A program made the position numbers and the translations under genes. A DNA stretch of 64,000 nt from Eledone cirrhosa. Its lineage: Eukaryota. The notes beneath the pieces are model-generated. The model searched no databases. It saw nothing but the letters and a program-made list of their open reading frames with translations, and was not told where the DNA came from. Shown here in pieces: positions 1-11,959 of this stretch (position 1 is its first letter; every line of letters starts with the position of its first letter). Location: contig OZ024741.1 in assembly GCA_964016885.1 (NCBI GenBank), positions 282,534,001 to 282,598,000 on the forward strand, in the 5' to 3' direction.

Positions 1-373
1 TAAATGACTTAATAATTCAGCCCACATAATAAGATCGATTGCCTGCTTCAACTGCCTGACCCTGCAAATATCATTCTGACGCACTCTAATCATGTATAAA
101 TAAGACACGCGTGCATGCTACACATGAGATTGTTTCATACACTGACTACTCTAAGCTTCCCTCTTGCTTTATCTTCATAGACTGCCAACGCTTCATGTTT
201 ATCTTTATTTTCATTCTTGTTTTTATTTTATTTTTATCCTGTAACCTTTATATGTAAATTGTCATGCTATATCATTTGATGAATGTCACCCCACTGTTGA
301 TCAATAAGCGCATATGTTTTATATGTCTCTTGGGTTGAAAAAGAGGTCAAGTATGTTATAGATCAGTAAATAG

Positions 374-422
374 TTGCTCCGAAGAATCCAAACCTCGGTT
401 TGGAGGAAACAATTGTAAGCAA
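374..422 (+). ncRNA. Type I hammerhead ribozyme motif (U4C core variant)
   Basis: Stem I TTGCT/AGCAA, core CCGAAGA, stem II TCCAAACC-TC-GGTTTGGA, GAAA, palindromic stem III ACAATTGT, GUA site, then AATAAA. Confidence 0.7.
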
Positions 423-456
423 ATAAATGACTTAAACTGAACTTTGATTATTGTAA

Positions 457-490
<34 letters not shown>

Positions 491-585
491 GGTGTGTTCA
501 GTAGAAGTTGTTTTGGTAAAAACAGGAGTAAACAGGACAAAGCTCTCAACATTCATAGTTTATAGTCACGATGGAGATTCAGTAG

Positions 586-699
586 AAGAATAACATTAAG
601 AAAGATGCTGATGTTACATAAATCATAAATCGTTTGTCACAATAATTATTATGAAGAAACGATTTATGTAACATCAGCATCTTTCTTAATGTTATTCTT
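586..699. repeat. Near-perfect inverted repeat (fold-back hairpin)
   Basis: AAGAATAACATTAAGAAAGATGCTGATGTTACATAAATC and its reverse complement at 661-699; inner arm ATAAATCGTTT/AAACGATTTAT. Confidence 0.9.
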
Positions 700-773
700 A
701 TATTTATATATATATAAATATATATTCAAAATTAATTGGAGGAAAATCAACCGGCATTCATTAAAAATGTTTA

Positions 774-890
774 TTCATTTACAAATGTTTCTGGCACAAA
801 AACATGAGTCGGCATTCAAAATCAAACGACAAATCTGTCTGTTAATAAAATTTGCAAACCCATAAATTTTTGCACCGTCTTCAGAATAAA
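774..890 (-). ncRNA. Type I hammerhead ribozyme motif with extended stem II
   Basis: Minus strand: TTTATT-CTGAAGA-C-GGTGCAAAAA...TTTTTGTGCC-A-GAAAC-ATTT-GTA-AATGAA. Confidence 0.65.
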
Positions 891-1020
891 AAAACATATT
901 TCAATTAAAAATTCACTAAAAAATAACTCACCTCAATCTGTATACATCAACAAATTCGCAAAAATGTTGGTTAAACCAGAAAAATATCCTAAATAAAATG
1001 TTACTGCTTTTATATATATA

Positions 1021-1408
1021 CTGTATATACTCATGTAAAAGTCGAAATTTTTAGACCATTTTATAGAGTCGACTATTGCATGGATACTACTTTTGAGGGG
1101 CTCGAAATTCAAGTTAGAATCCAAAGTACCATGTCAATAGGAGAAGCTACAATAAGGTAGGCCCACATTTGAGTAAAGTTTTACTTTCAGACACACATTT
1201 GCAATAATATAAATTTGCCTTAAATTCATGACAATTTTGTAAGTTATTTCTACGTACAGGGTGATACCTTGACCCACAAATCTTGACCTGTTATCTGTGA
1301 AATACTAGAGTTGACTTTTATGGAATGTCTTTGGAAAATCCAGATTTTTTGGTCAAAAGTAAAGGGTCAACTTTTATATGAGATCAACCATTACTCGAGT
1401 GTGTACGG
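1021..1408. mobile_element. pogo/Tc1-mariner-type MITE
   Basis: Imperfect TIRs CTGTATATACTCATGTAAAAGTCGA and ...TTACTCGAGTGTGTACGG, with TA on both flanks. Confidence 0.7.
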
Positions 1409-1810
1409 TAAATACGTAGAACACCTTAAAATCAACAATTCCAGCATTTATGTACATAGAAATACCTACATACATACCATTCTTGCTTAAAACTAGGTAA
1501 TCACCCACCACAACAATAAGGGGTTGACAAAACCTACATCATATAGATGATTAAAAAAGCTCTAGTGTGTCTAAAAGATAAAATCAATTTAGTACGAAAG
1601 AACTAAACCGGCAGCATGGAGAACCCTATTGAGAATCTAGGGTGACTCACCTGGTGAGGGATTTCCCATTTTTTACAGGAGGCAGTGGCAACCATTGCCC
1701 CCAATAAATGCTGTTCTGGCGCTGGTAGAGAATTCATGGTGGGAGTAGTAGATGGAGAACCTTTGCAGTAAAGGTGTGTAAACTTTATTGCAGAAGGGGG
1801 AAGTGTATAC

Positions 1811-1958
1811 CAGGCATGGGCAACCTTTTTCGAGCAGTGAGTCACATAGGATGGGGCCCATCACAAGGCAAGCCACATTACTAAAAAGTTCAAGGCATGC
1901 CATTCAAAAAGCCAAACGGGCTGCATGTGTCTCATGGGCCACAGTTTGGCCATGACTG
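1811..1958. mobile_element. hAT (Buster/Charlie-type) MITE
   Basis: TIRs CAGGCATGGGCAA / TTGGCCATGACTG; exact 8-bp TSD GTGTATAC at 1803-1810 and 1959-1966. Confidence 0.9.
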
Positions 1959-2009
1959 GTGTATACTGTGTTCACAACCAAGACAATATCTATAGTTATA
2001 TCATTGGAA

Positions 2010-2460
2010 TAATGGTATTAATTGGAGAAAAAGCCTTACAGTATTTACTTACTATCCTTTAGATTCTGAGTTCAACCCTGACAGAACCAACTTCACTTTT
2101 AATCTATCAGGGACAGATGTCAATAAAATATATACTAGTCAAATACATATTCACCAAATTCATTACAGTGTTGGACAAAATATCTTGCAGTATTTATTTT
2201 GAGTTCAACTCCTACCTAGGTCAACTTAGTCTTTCATCCTAATAAAATAAATTTCCAGTTCAATACTGGAGCAGAAATAATCAATTAACACCTCCCGCCA
2301 AAATTTCTAACATTGTAGCTATGTAAGGAACCATTTTAAGAGGAGTATGAAACAAAATAGGTAGAGAGGTAGATAAAATAATTTGCAGTATTTTGTTGTG
2401 TTCTACATTCTAAGTTCAAATATTGCTGGAGTCAACCTTACTTTCTGTCTCTCTTTGGTT
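2010..2460 (+). mobile_element. Three decayed tandem MetaSINE-like copies
   Basis: Repeated TTCTGAGTTCAA...GTCAACTT...CTTTCATCC modules resembling the copy at 3218. Confidence 0.55.
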
Positions 2461-2529
2461 GAGAGAGTGGAAACAGTAGAGGACTAGTTCCTACCTCAAT
2501 GGCCTACCCCAACTCTCAAGAAATGTGAC

Positions 2530-3020
2530 AAATTGATAACAATAGATGAAATAAAGATAGCCCTGAATGGTTGTACAAGGTGTAGAGCAACCAGTTTTGA
2601 TGGTATGTCCTAGCAGTAGTTTCATCCAGTTTCCATGCATTGCTACTTGTGGAGTTTTGTCACACAGCTGTTGTCACACAGGTGTAATTATACAAGTGTT
2701 GTTACACAGCTGTTGTCAGACAGCTGCTGTCACATGTAGAATAGAACTGGCTATTGACTGACTCCATCATGAAGATCTTGCTGCCACCTTCTTTTAGCTG
2801 GGAATAGCAAACAGTCTTCTTCTGTTGGGTGGCTATGACAAAAGAGGTTGTGTGGTGCACAAGGCTGAAAGGACTGAAGGCAGACATATTCTTCTTCAGC
2901 CATGCCCTCATCAACTTTTTCAAGTTCCACTTAGAAAGGCGAGAGTTAAGAGAGAAGTGCTGTTCCCCAATATATTTGTTAAAAGGTAGATGATGAATGT
3001 AGCAAGAAAGGCTAATAAGC
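2530..3020 (-). pseudogene. Possible piggyBac transposase C-terminal relic
   Basis: FNKYIGEQ...RLSKWNLKKLMRAWLKK resembles the piggyBac YNxxMGGVD...RxWxKK region, followed by a degenerate Cys-rich tail; heavily decayed. Confidence 0.35.
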
Positions 3021-3217
3021 ATGTGCCTGTATGCTGAAAGAGATAGAAGGGGTGAATTTGTCTAGGGTGCCTTTGGTGATTGGGGTGATCCTGAATCTGA
3101 GGGGTTCCTTAATTACTCCTTAATTTGCCTTTTATCCTTATGGCAAAGGCATTTCCGTGGATAATTGTTGGCCTTGTGCCTAAATCAGAAACCATTATTA
3201 TTATTATTATTACTTGG

Positions 3218-3398
3218 TTTGGCAGTATCGGTAGAGGGTTGGACGCCATGCTTTCTAGCATAGTTACGTCCCTTTACGGTCTGAGTTCAAATCCCGCCAA
3301 GGTTGACTTTGCCTTTCATCCTTACGAGGTCGATAAAATAAAGTACCAGTAATGTACTGGGTAATTGCTGGCCTTGTGCCTAAAGTAGAAACAATTAT
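3218..3398 (+). mobile_element. SINE with Meta-domain-like core
   Basis: tRNA-like GAGTTCAAATCCC box, then GTTGACTTTGCCTTTCATCC..GAGGTCGATAAAATAAAGTACCAG; near-identical inverted copy at 16045-16220. Confidence 0.7.
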
Positions 3399-4209
3399 TA
3401 CTTTGTAGTTTAAATTCTACAGTGGGATTTCACTGCTAAACTGAATACAACTCTGTATAGATTGGGTATGTGCAGCATCTAACAGAAGTGTGTAAACCTG
3501 CATGGTATGTTGGTAGCCCTTGATGTAAGGAGCAGTGAAGGTGGAAGTTTTTAAAACTAGTGGTTGCTTATGACCTGGTATGGATTGAACTGTCAGATTT
3601 CTTCAAATATCTAGAGACATTCCCAAGGACATCATCATTGTCATCATCATCGTTTTTACATCCACCTCTCCATACTGGCATGGGCTTGATGGGATGGCTA
3701 GAGACAATGATTTACAGTCAGATGCCCTTCTTGACACCAACCCTTTTAGTCGCTTTGTACGATATGCAGGGATGTGGTGTAACTATTCTAAAATCTGGGA
3801 CATCATGGCAATACATTTTGTTCATTAAGATTAGTGGGCCACTAAAATTATATCTTAGATAAATGCAGAGATTTTATGGAAGTGTGCAACAGGAGCAGGG
3901 TGCACAAGCTTCTTAAACTTGCCCAGGCAATTCCAATTATCTGATAGGTATCAGACAGCTTTGTCACACACTATGTCACACTGAATCTCCCTGAGAACTA
4001 GGTAAAGGTGCACATGTCTGTGGAAAGCTCAGATTATTCAGATTATTCAGTTGTTTGCACAACTGGAACAGTTGTCCTCATTGAGATCATCAGAGGTCCA
4101 ACAATAATAACTGTTCCTAGCAAGAAAATCCAGAAAATTACTCAGTAAATTATTATTTTTTAAGTTACCTCATTTTATCATTTATTTGAACCTCTTCCTT
4201 CTTCTTCTT

Positions 4210-5330
4210 CTTATTGTTATTATTATTGTTGTGTTATTTTGTTTAGATCAGTTCTGTTTCTCTATTGCCGGATTCAGGCCTTGAACCTAGGGCAATAGAT
4301 GTTTTCATTGTAACGAGAGAACTCGTCTGAGAATGTGTTGTGTTCCTAGTAGCCCAATCTTCTGTAGCTCATATTTGCTGATCTTGAAGGGAAGGGCACT
4401 AAGGTGCAGGTCTGAGGATTTAGGTATTAACCTTAATGCTCCTATTGCCACAGGGATAGTGTTTGTGGTCATCCTCCACATGCGGTTGATCTCCATTTCC
4501 AGGTCTTTTTATTTTGACAGTTTTTCCATTGTTTTTATAAATGTATTCTTGTCAGCGGGTACAGAAATATCTATAAGACTACATGTCTGATCTGTTTTGT
4601 TTTTCATGATGATATCTGATCTGTTGGCAGCGATTTCTCGGTCGGTTATCACAGGCATATCCCACAAGATGGATGTGTTGCCCTTTTCCATGACTGTTTT
4701 TGGTTGATGTTCATACCATTTGTTAGAAGTTTGAATGTCATGAGAGCAGCAGAGCATCCAGTGCACATATTTGGCAATGTGGTTGTGTCTTTTGGTATAG
4801 TCAGTTTTTGCCAGCTCTGGACACCCGGAGATAACATGATCTACCCTTTCTTCATGTTTGTAGCATATTCTGCATAGAGGGCTAGTCCCATCTTTCACTA
4901 TTCTTTGTCTATAGGCCCGAGTGTTTAGAGATTGGTCTTGTGCAGTAACTAAGAGTTCGCCAGTCTCTGCTTTCAAACCAGCACTTCTGAGCCAGGATAG
5001 TGAGCCATGCTGATTGATATAATTGTCAGAAAGTTGTTCTAGGAATCTACTACATAGTGATTTGCCTTCCATTCACGGTTTAGTTCCTCTGTTTGGAGTT
5101 TCATTGCTTTGATCTTCACAGTCATAGCTAACTGTGCAGCACTGTTGTTGATTTTCTATGAGTATGTCTTGTTCCATGTTCAGTTTTTTGCTTAAATTTT
5201 CTTGACTCTTTTGTTATTGAGTGTAGTTTCTTAATTTACTCATGCTTGAGTACAGGCATAAGGAGTTCATCTTAGGTGTGGTGGAGATAGCTATCCAATC
5301 CAATGGTTTCCATTTTGTATGCAGCTTCAT
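4210..5330 (-). mobile_element. 5'-truncated R4/Dong-clade non-LTR retrotransposon (RLE endonuclease)
   Basis: AQDQSLNTR, CCHC finger CRIC..E.VDHVISGC, RHN, ILWD..V.TDR..ANRSDI, IDISVP, IPVAIGAL; (TAA)n-like repeats at both ends. Confidence 0.88.
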
Positions 5331-5439
5331 TATTATTATTATTACATTACTACTACTATTACTACTACTACTACTAATACTACTTTGATATCTCAGTCAT
5401 TGTTGTTATTTAGCTGGAAATTTTGCCCTAATGAACATC

Positions 5440-6420
5440 AAGCTGGCACAAATTGGAACTGCATCTCATCTAGGTAAATTTGATCCCTAATCAGTTGTAC
5501 AGTGACTCTTTCTGTAACTTTCATGACCTGTCCTATTAGTTTGATGCCTCAGTAGTTCCTTCTGTCTAGAGCATCACTTTTGCCCTTGTAGCAGTTGATG
5601 ATGATGCTGCTACACCAGTCATTTGGTATGGTACCATTTTGTATTACTTGGTTTAAATATGGATGGTTATGGTGTGTCCTACCATCCCAGATGCTTTCAG
5701 CATCTCAGCAATTATTCTCAATGGCCCTGCTGCTTTGCTTGTTTTCATATCTTTAATTGCCTTACTAAATTGCTGTTGACTTGCACTGCTGGTCCTTCTT
5801 TAGAGTCTACCTGAGGCAGGCTTTCTTCCTCCCACACATTCTCCTCATTCATCAGCCTCTCATAATGACACTTCCATACTGCCTTTTTTTCGGTTTTGGT
5901 GCGAGCAAGCGTACCATTGTCATCTCGGATACACTTCTTTCCCACAACATCACTATTTTCCCTGACACACTGCCTTGCGATCCTGAATACCTCACATCTT
6001 TGGTCTTCACAGGTCCTCACATTGCATAACATGCATAAATTTTTTACTTCCTGCTTCCCTCCTTGCAAAGCATACTTCTCATCTCACCTCTCTCCTAGCC
6101 ACTCAGTAAAGTTCTCTGCTACCTCCATTTTGCCATGTCTTCCATGCCTGTCTCTTGGCCTTAATTGAGGAACTTGCTTTTCCCACACAAATGGAATGAA
6201 TTTAACAGAAGCAGGATGGCTAACCCACCAACTTCCCTCCATCCTAAATCCAAAGAAGTAAAGAGATGAATCAACTCTCAGGTCTTCACCTGTCAATATA
6301 TTCTTGACTACATTGCCCAACCCATGCTTGCATAGGAATGTAGAAGGTACCTTCAACTTTGATACAAGCCTCAGGCTGCCACTAACCCCTCTCACTTGCA
6401 CCCTATCCACCACCTTCCAG
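5440..6420 (-). mobile_element. Decayed RTE LINE fragment (linker and RT N-terminus)
   Basis: EVFRIARQCVRENSDVVGKKCIRDD..WKCHYERLMNEEN matches the intact ORF at 40627; contains frameshifts and stops. Confidence 0.9.
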
Positions 6421-6699
6421 TTTGCTGTTTGGCAGATATGGCTTAACCCCCCCGCCCTTACTTCTCACAGTTACTCTGTTACATCACATGATATATGTAT
6501 ATGTATGTATTGTATATGCATGTGTATGTATATGTATGATGTATATATATTGTATATGTGTTATGTTATCTATGTATATTTTGTGTATTACTCTATATGT
6601 GTGCTAATGTAAATTATATAAGTATATTGTATATTATGTATTATATGTATTTATATAGATGCATATGTGTTATATATATCATATATACATCTACCCAAA

Positions 6700-7712
6700 A
6701 CATCACTATGAACAAGGTACGGCACAGCCAACTGGCCGGACTTGTGTCATAATGGTGCCAGCCAGTTCCACACTATAAATGTGGTTGGCTGTAGGAAGTG
6801 CCTGCAGCAGCTGTAAAACACAGCCCCACTATGAGCAGGGTATGATGCAGCCAACTGGTCAGACCTTCCTCATAATGGGACCACCCAGTTCTACACGAAA
6901 TGCAGTTGGTGTTAAGAAGGGCATCCAGCAGCTGTAAAAATCCAACCAAAACATGGTCCCGATATGTACAAGATATGTCGCAGACATAGTGAAGGCGTGT
7001 GGCTGAGTGGTTAGAGAATTGGATTCACAATCTTGAGGTTGTGAGTTCGATTCCTGGACCGGGCGATGTGTTATGTCCTTGAGCAAGGCACTTTATTTCA
7101 CGTTGCTCCTTCTACCTGGAGTTGCGACCGATAGATAGTATTAGCAACTGGAAAGACCAACGGAAACATTGTTTCCTCGGTCCGATTTGATGAAAGTCGA
7201 TTGTTCCTAAAAAAAAGATGTCGCAGACAACTGGTCAGACTTCTCATAACTGTGCCATCCAGTTCCATACTGTAAACTTAACTAGTGATAGGAAGGGCAT
7301 CCAGCAGCCATAAAAACACAGCCTAAACATGGCCCTTCTATGAGCAAGACATGGCATGACCAACTGACCAGATCTCCCTCATAATGGAACCACCCAGCTC
7401 CCAAATTACGGTTCTGCTGAGAGCAGGGTATGGCATGGCCAACTGGCCAGACCTCCCTCATAATGGAACCACCCAGCTCCCAAATTACGGTTCTGCTGAG
7501 AGCAGGGTATGGCATGGCCAACTGGCCAGACCTCCCTCATAATAGTGCCACCCACTGTAAATGTGATTAGTGTTAGGAAGGGCATCCAGCTGTAAAAATC
7601 CCAGTCAAAATACAGTTCCATAATATATTGAACTGTATCATAATGTAGATGACCCATCTAACCCATGCAAGCATGGAAAAATGGACATTAAATGATGATG
7701 ATGATGATGATG
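6700..7712 (+). repeat. Array of RTE 3'-UTR-derived modules including a 79-bp tandem repeat
   Basis: Repeated AGGAAGGGCATCCAGC modules; CCAACTG.CCAGA.CTCCCTCATAAT at 7360, 7439 and 7518; ends in a (GAT)n tail. Confidence 0.7.
6991..7110 (+). mobile_element. tRNA-derived SINE head inserted in the array
   Basis: A-box TGGCTGAGTGG, B-box GAGTTCGATTCC, then TGTCCTTGAGCAAGGCACTTTA. Confidence 0.75.
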
Positions 7713-8879
7713 ATATATATATATATATATATACCATCACATATACATACCTGCATACACACACACACACATATATATATATAGATATACACACACTTGG
7801 GTCAGTGGTGTTAATCTACATCCATGATATATTGGACTTTGATTGATGAGAGTTTGGGTTCTGTTACTATGGAAACAATTATGACTGAAGAACAAAATTA
7901 ATGTTGCAAGTGAAACTCATGAATAATTTGATTGAATGACCTATGGTAAAGGAGGCATATGTTCTAGATTGTTATTCTCCATACATACATGTCCACATGA
8001 CCACACACACATTCATACACATCACATATATGCACACATTCATCACTTATATATATGTGTGTGTGTGTGTGTGTGCGTGTGTATCCATTTTAGAATTGGC
8101 ACACCATATCCCTGTGTGTTGTGATAAGCAACTAAAAGGGTTAGTGTCTAGAAGGGCAGCCATCTGTAAAACATTGCCTCAAAAAGTCCTGTCTGAACCC
8201 AGGCAACCATGGAAAAATCAACATAAAAACAATGATGATGAGGATGATGATGATGATCTTATCTCTTAGTTATATTTTTAAATAATATTTATGTAGAACA
8301 ACACATTGGTCAGAAAAATGAACCTCTACATGGAGGCTTGATCTGCTAAAAATAGCAACTAAATCTTCTTCAAATCATACTCTACTGGTCTTATGAAAGG
8401 AAGAGATATATTAGATAATGTAATCTGTTGCATAAACCAAAATATATGGGATGGTCATGAGTGAAATGCCGTTTATCATAGGTGTGCTCAATCATCATCA
8501 TTATCTTCATTTGATACCTATTTCTCTATGCTGACATGGGTAAGACAAGTTTATGCAGACCAAATCATTACTTAATTGGAGCTACAGATAGGCCAAAGAC
8601 CCCATCTCACTTACATACATTCCAGTTTGGGCATGGCTGCCCTTCCTATAATCAAATACTTTACTGTGTGCACTGCGTGCATTTAAGTGTGGCACCAACA
8701 CTAGGGAAATTGTTGTCTCACTGACACAACTGAAGAGTCCTTCTAACCTTTTGTTTTGCATGTTTTCTACAACTGGGAGCTTTTCTTAAAACCCCAACCA
8801 CCTTACGGAGCATGCATTTTATCATGTCACTAGTACACACACACACATACACACACATATATATGTTATGGAAATATTA

Positions 8880-9190
8880 GTGTTGGTAATCTACACTATA
8901 AAAGCACCCAGTACACACTGCAAAGTGGTTGGTGTCAGGAAGGGCATCCAACCATAGAAAACTTTCCAAACAAGGGTTTGGGAGGACCCTTCAGTTTGTG
9001 TAAAAAAACACACAACTTCTCCTCTGCACAGCTGCATGCCCTTCCTAATACCAACCACTTTACAGCATGTACTGGGTGCTTTATTGTGTAGATTACCAGC
9101 ACCAGCTCCAGAGAGGGTGTTATGTCTTTGTCATAACTAAAGGGTCCTCCCAAGGTTTCTATGGCTGGATGCCCTTCTTGACACCAACTA
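8880..9190. repeat. Inverted copies of the RTE/SINE 3' tail
   Basis: 8880-8947 is the reverse complement of about 9036-9105; a further inverted piece lies at 9143-9190. Confidence 0.7.
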
Positions 9191-9949
9191 CTTTATATGG
9201 TTAAGGGGTTCCCTTTGTAACTGTGTAATATTTGGTTCTATTTCAATATATGAAACTTGGAGCAAGTGTCTTCTATTATAAGCTCAGATCACTCCAGTAG
9301 AGATCCTTGTAAGGGAATTTGGGTGATGGGTGTGTGTGCGCTTTTGTCTCTCCTTTTTACACATCATGTTGAATCAACAATTATTAGGGCCTGGAATTAA
9401 GTACCCCATTATTTGTTCCAGTTCACTGCATTCTGAGTTCAAATTTCACCACGGTCAACTTTACTGTTCATCCTTTTGGGGGTCAAAGAAAAAGTAGCAG
9501 TCCATGGACAGTGATATGGCAGAATTTTTAATGAAATGATATATTATCCAGCCTAGATTTTGATTTCGAATTCAGCCTCCTTCCACCCAGGGGTTGCAAA
9601 TGGCTGATAGTATCAGTAATGGAAGGATCAATGGAAACATTTCCTGGTCTGATCTGATGAACATACATACATACACACATACATACATTCATACATACAT
9701 ACAGGGCAGATATTTGTTTATGGAATATAGATATGCAGGTCGGTGGTTGGTTTAATGTGAATTACTAGTGTAGGTTGGTGATTTGTGTAATGATAATATA
9801 GATAGTGTCTGAGGTCAGGTTTATGGATCTAGTATATATCTGGCTTGGGTGCGTGGTTGGCATTGATTTTTTGAGTAGTTTGTTTATGGTTTAGGGCAAT
9901 CAATTGTCTTAACTGCATACATACACACATACATACATGCATGCATGCA

Positions 9950-10585
9950 TGCATGCATAAATACATACATACATACATGGTGGCTGCCAACTCGTTTTCG
10001 AGTATGGCCACTACTTTATATCCATGTAGGAGAACCCCTACCGATGCGCTGAACGAGTGTGACTTTTTAGTCCAGCCAGCGACTTGAAAACTCTGGTACA
10101 AACACTACACTTGTGACAATTATTGACACATAGTGCTGGGCCCATGGTACCATGTGACGACAAGTGCAGAGAGATCTCCAGATATAAAGCAATGCCTGTG
10201 CCGTGAAGCTTTTATAGTGAGCAAAGGCACTGCACAAAGCCAGTCCCACTCTCTTAACCAAGATGATATTTACCAAAAAGGGGAACAAGTCAACATCATT
10301 GGATACCATCAGAGTTGCAGGTGTTATATCAGAGTTTTCCTTCTCCTAGAATTCTGCCTTGACAAAGGCTAAGGGGTCATCTCTCCTGGATATTTTGGAT
10401 GGCCATTGACTCTTAAGAGCTCCTTTGCCCTTTGACAGGTTTTGTTTTTAGTCCTGCAGAATGTCCAAAGTCACCCTCCTCACCAAGAAACCTTGGTGGG
10501 GTTGCCAGTTTAGTCGCCAACGACCCAACCATGAGACAGGTTGTACTGGCATACATGTTACCAGTAGCACCAACTGGTGACCTGA
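9950..10585 (-). mobile_element. Non-autonomous RTE(BovB-like) derivative: 5'-UTR-like part joined to the C2H2 finger 3' end, (ATGT)n tail
   Basis: CTAGGAGAAGGAAAACTCTG motif; 3' part encodes CSVCTRVFKSLAGLKSH, then GCAGCCACC(ATGT)n; 3' part duplicated at 10687-10832. Confidence 0.6.
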
Positions 10586-10686
10586 CATACATACATAAAT
10601 ATATACATACACACATACATAAATAAATACATACATACATATATATATACATATATATATACATATACATATATATACATACATAT

Positions 10687-10832
10687 ATGGTGGCTGCCAA
10701 CTTGTTTTCGAGTACGGCCACTACTTTATATCCATGTAGGAGAACCCCTACTGATGCGCTGAACAAGTGTGACTTTTTAGTCCAGTCAGCGACTTGAAAA
10801 CTCTGGTACAAACACTACACTTGTGACAATTA
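10687..10832 (-). mobile_element. 5'-truncated copy of the same RTE 3' end
   Basis: Near-identical to 9977-10122; flanked by (ACAT)n. Confidence 0.8.
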
Positions 10833-11959
10833 CTGACATACATACATACATACATACATACATACATACATACATACATACATACATGTGTACATGCATA
10901 CATATGTATGTACACACATGCATGTCTGCTTTCCATGCTGGCATGTGTTGGATAGGTTGTCTTAATGTCAGTTCTTATTCAGAATTGCTGCACTGCTTGA
11001 CATGGTTTCTATTGATGGATCCCCTCTATAACTTCAACCACTTTGTAGAGTACATTTCATGGCCCCAGCACTAGAGAAGTTGTCATATCCTCAACAAGAC
11101 TAAAGACTCCTCCTTATTCTATGTTTTCTCTGTTTGCTCACCACACACACACACACACACTGACACACATACGAAAATGTCTAGAGAGAAGAGCATACTG
11201 GATGATGTATATACATACAAATAGAGCCTTGTAGTCTAAATATGGTTAGAGGGAAGACATTTTCAAATTATGGATAGCTTTCCCATTTTTTTAATCTCTC
11301 TGTCTATCTTTTTGTTTCTTAACTGTAAGGGGTAGTAGATACCTCCCCAAGTCAGTGATGGTTTACTAGCTCAATGCGGACGTTTAAATTGATTAAATAA
11401 ATAAATAAAATAGTACATCATTATGATACAAACCATCTTTGACCATGAGTGTGCCCAAGAGTGAGAATAGAAGTTTTGTGATGAGCAAGGGGGTGAAAAT
11501 GCAGAAAGTATGAATGTGTATGATAGTGGGGGTGGGGTGAATAGTGACAGGGGAGGTTATAATGCAGGAGAGTGCATTGGATTTTGTTTACATAACTATG
11601 CAATTGTCAATAGAAACACTTATATACATGTGAAATTTAATATAGTAAAACATTTTAAATACATTTTTCTTCCATGTCAGTGTTCCACAATTAATCATTT
11701 ATTTCCTGTTGAATGCCTTAAATTATTTTACCAGTTCACTTTTTTTTCTTTCATTATCATTTTTCTAATGAAAAACATTCTTTTACTTTTTTACCTGCTC
11801 CAGTTTGGGTCTGCAGGAATTTAAAGAGATTTGGTAATATAACAACTAACTTTCTCATTATTAAGCTGGTGTAGGGTGGTGGAATGGTAGTATTAGCAGA
11901 GTGTCAGAGAAAATGTTTTGCAGTATTTAGTTATGACTTTCTATGATCTGAGTTCAAAA

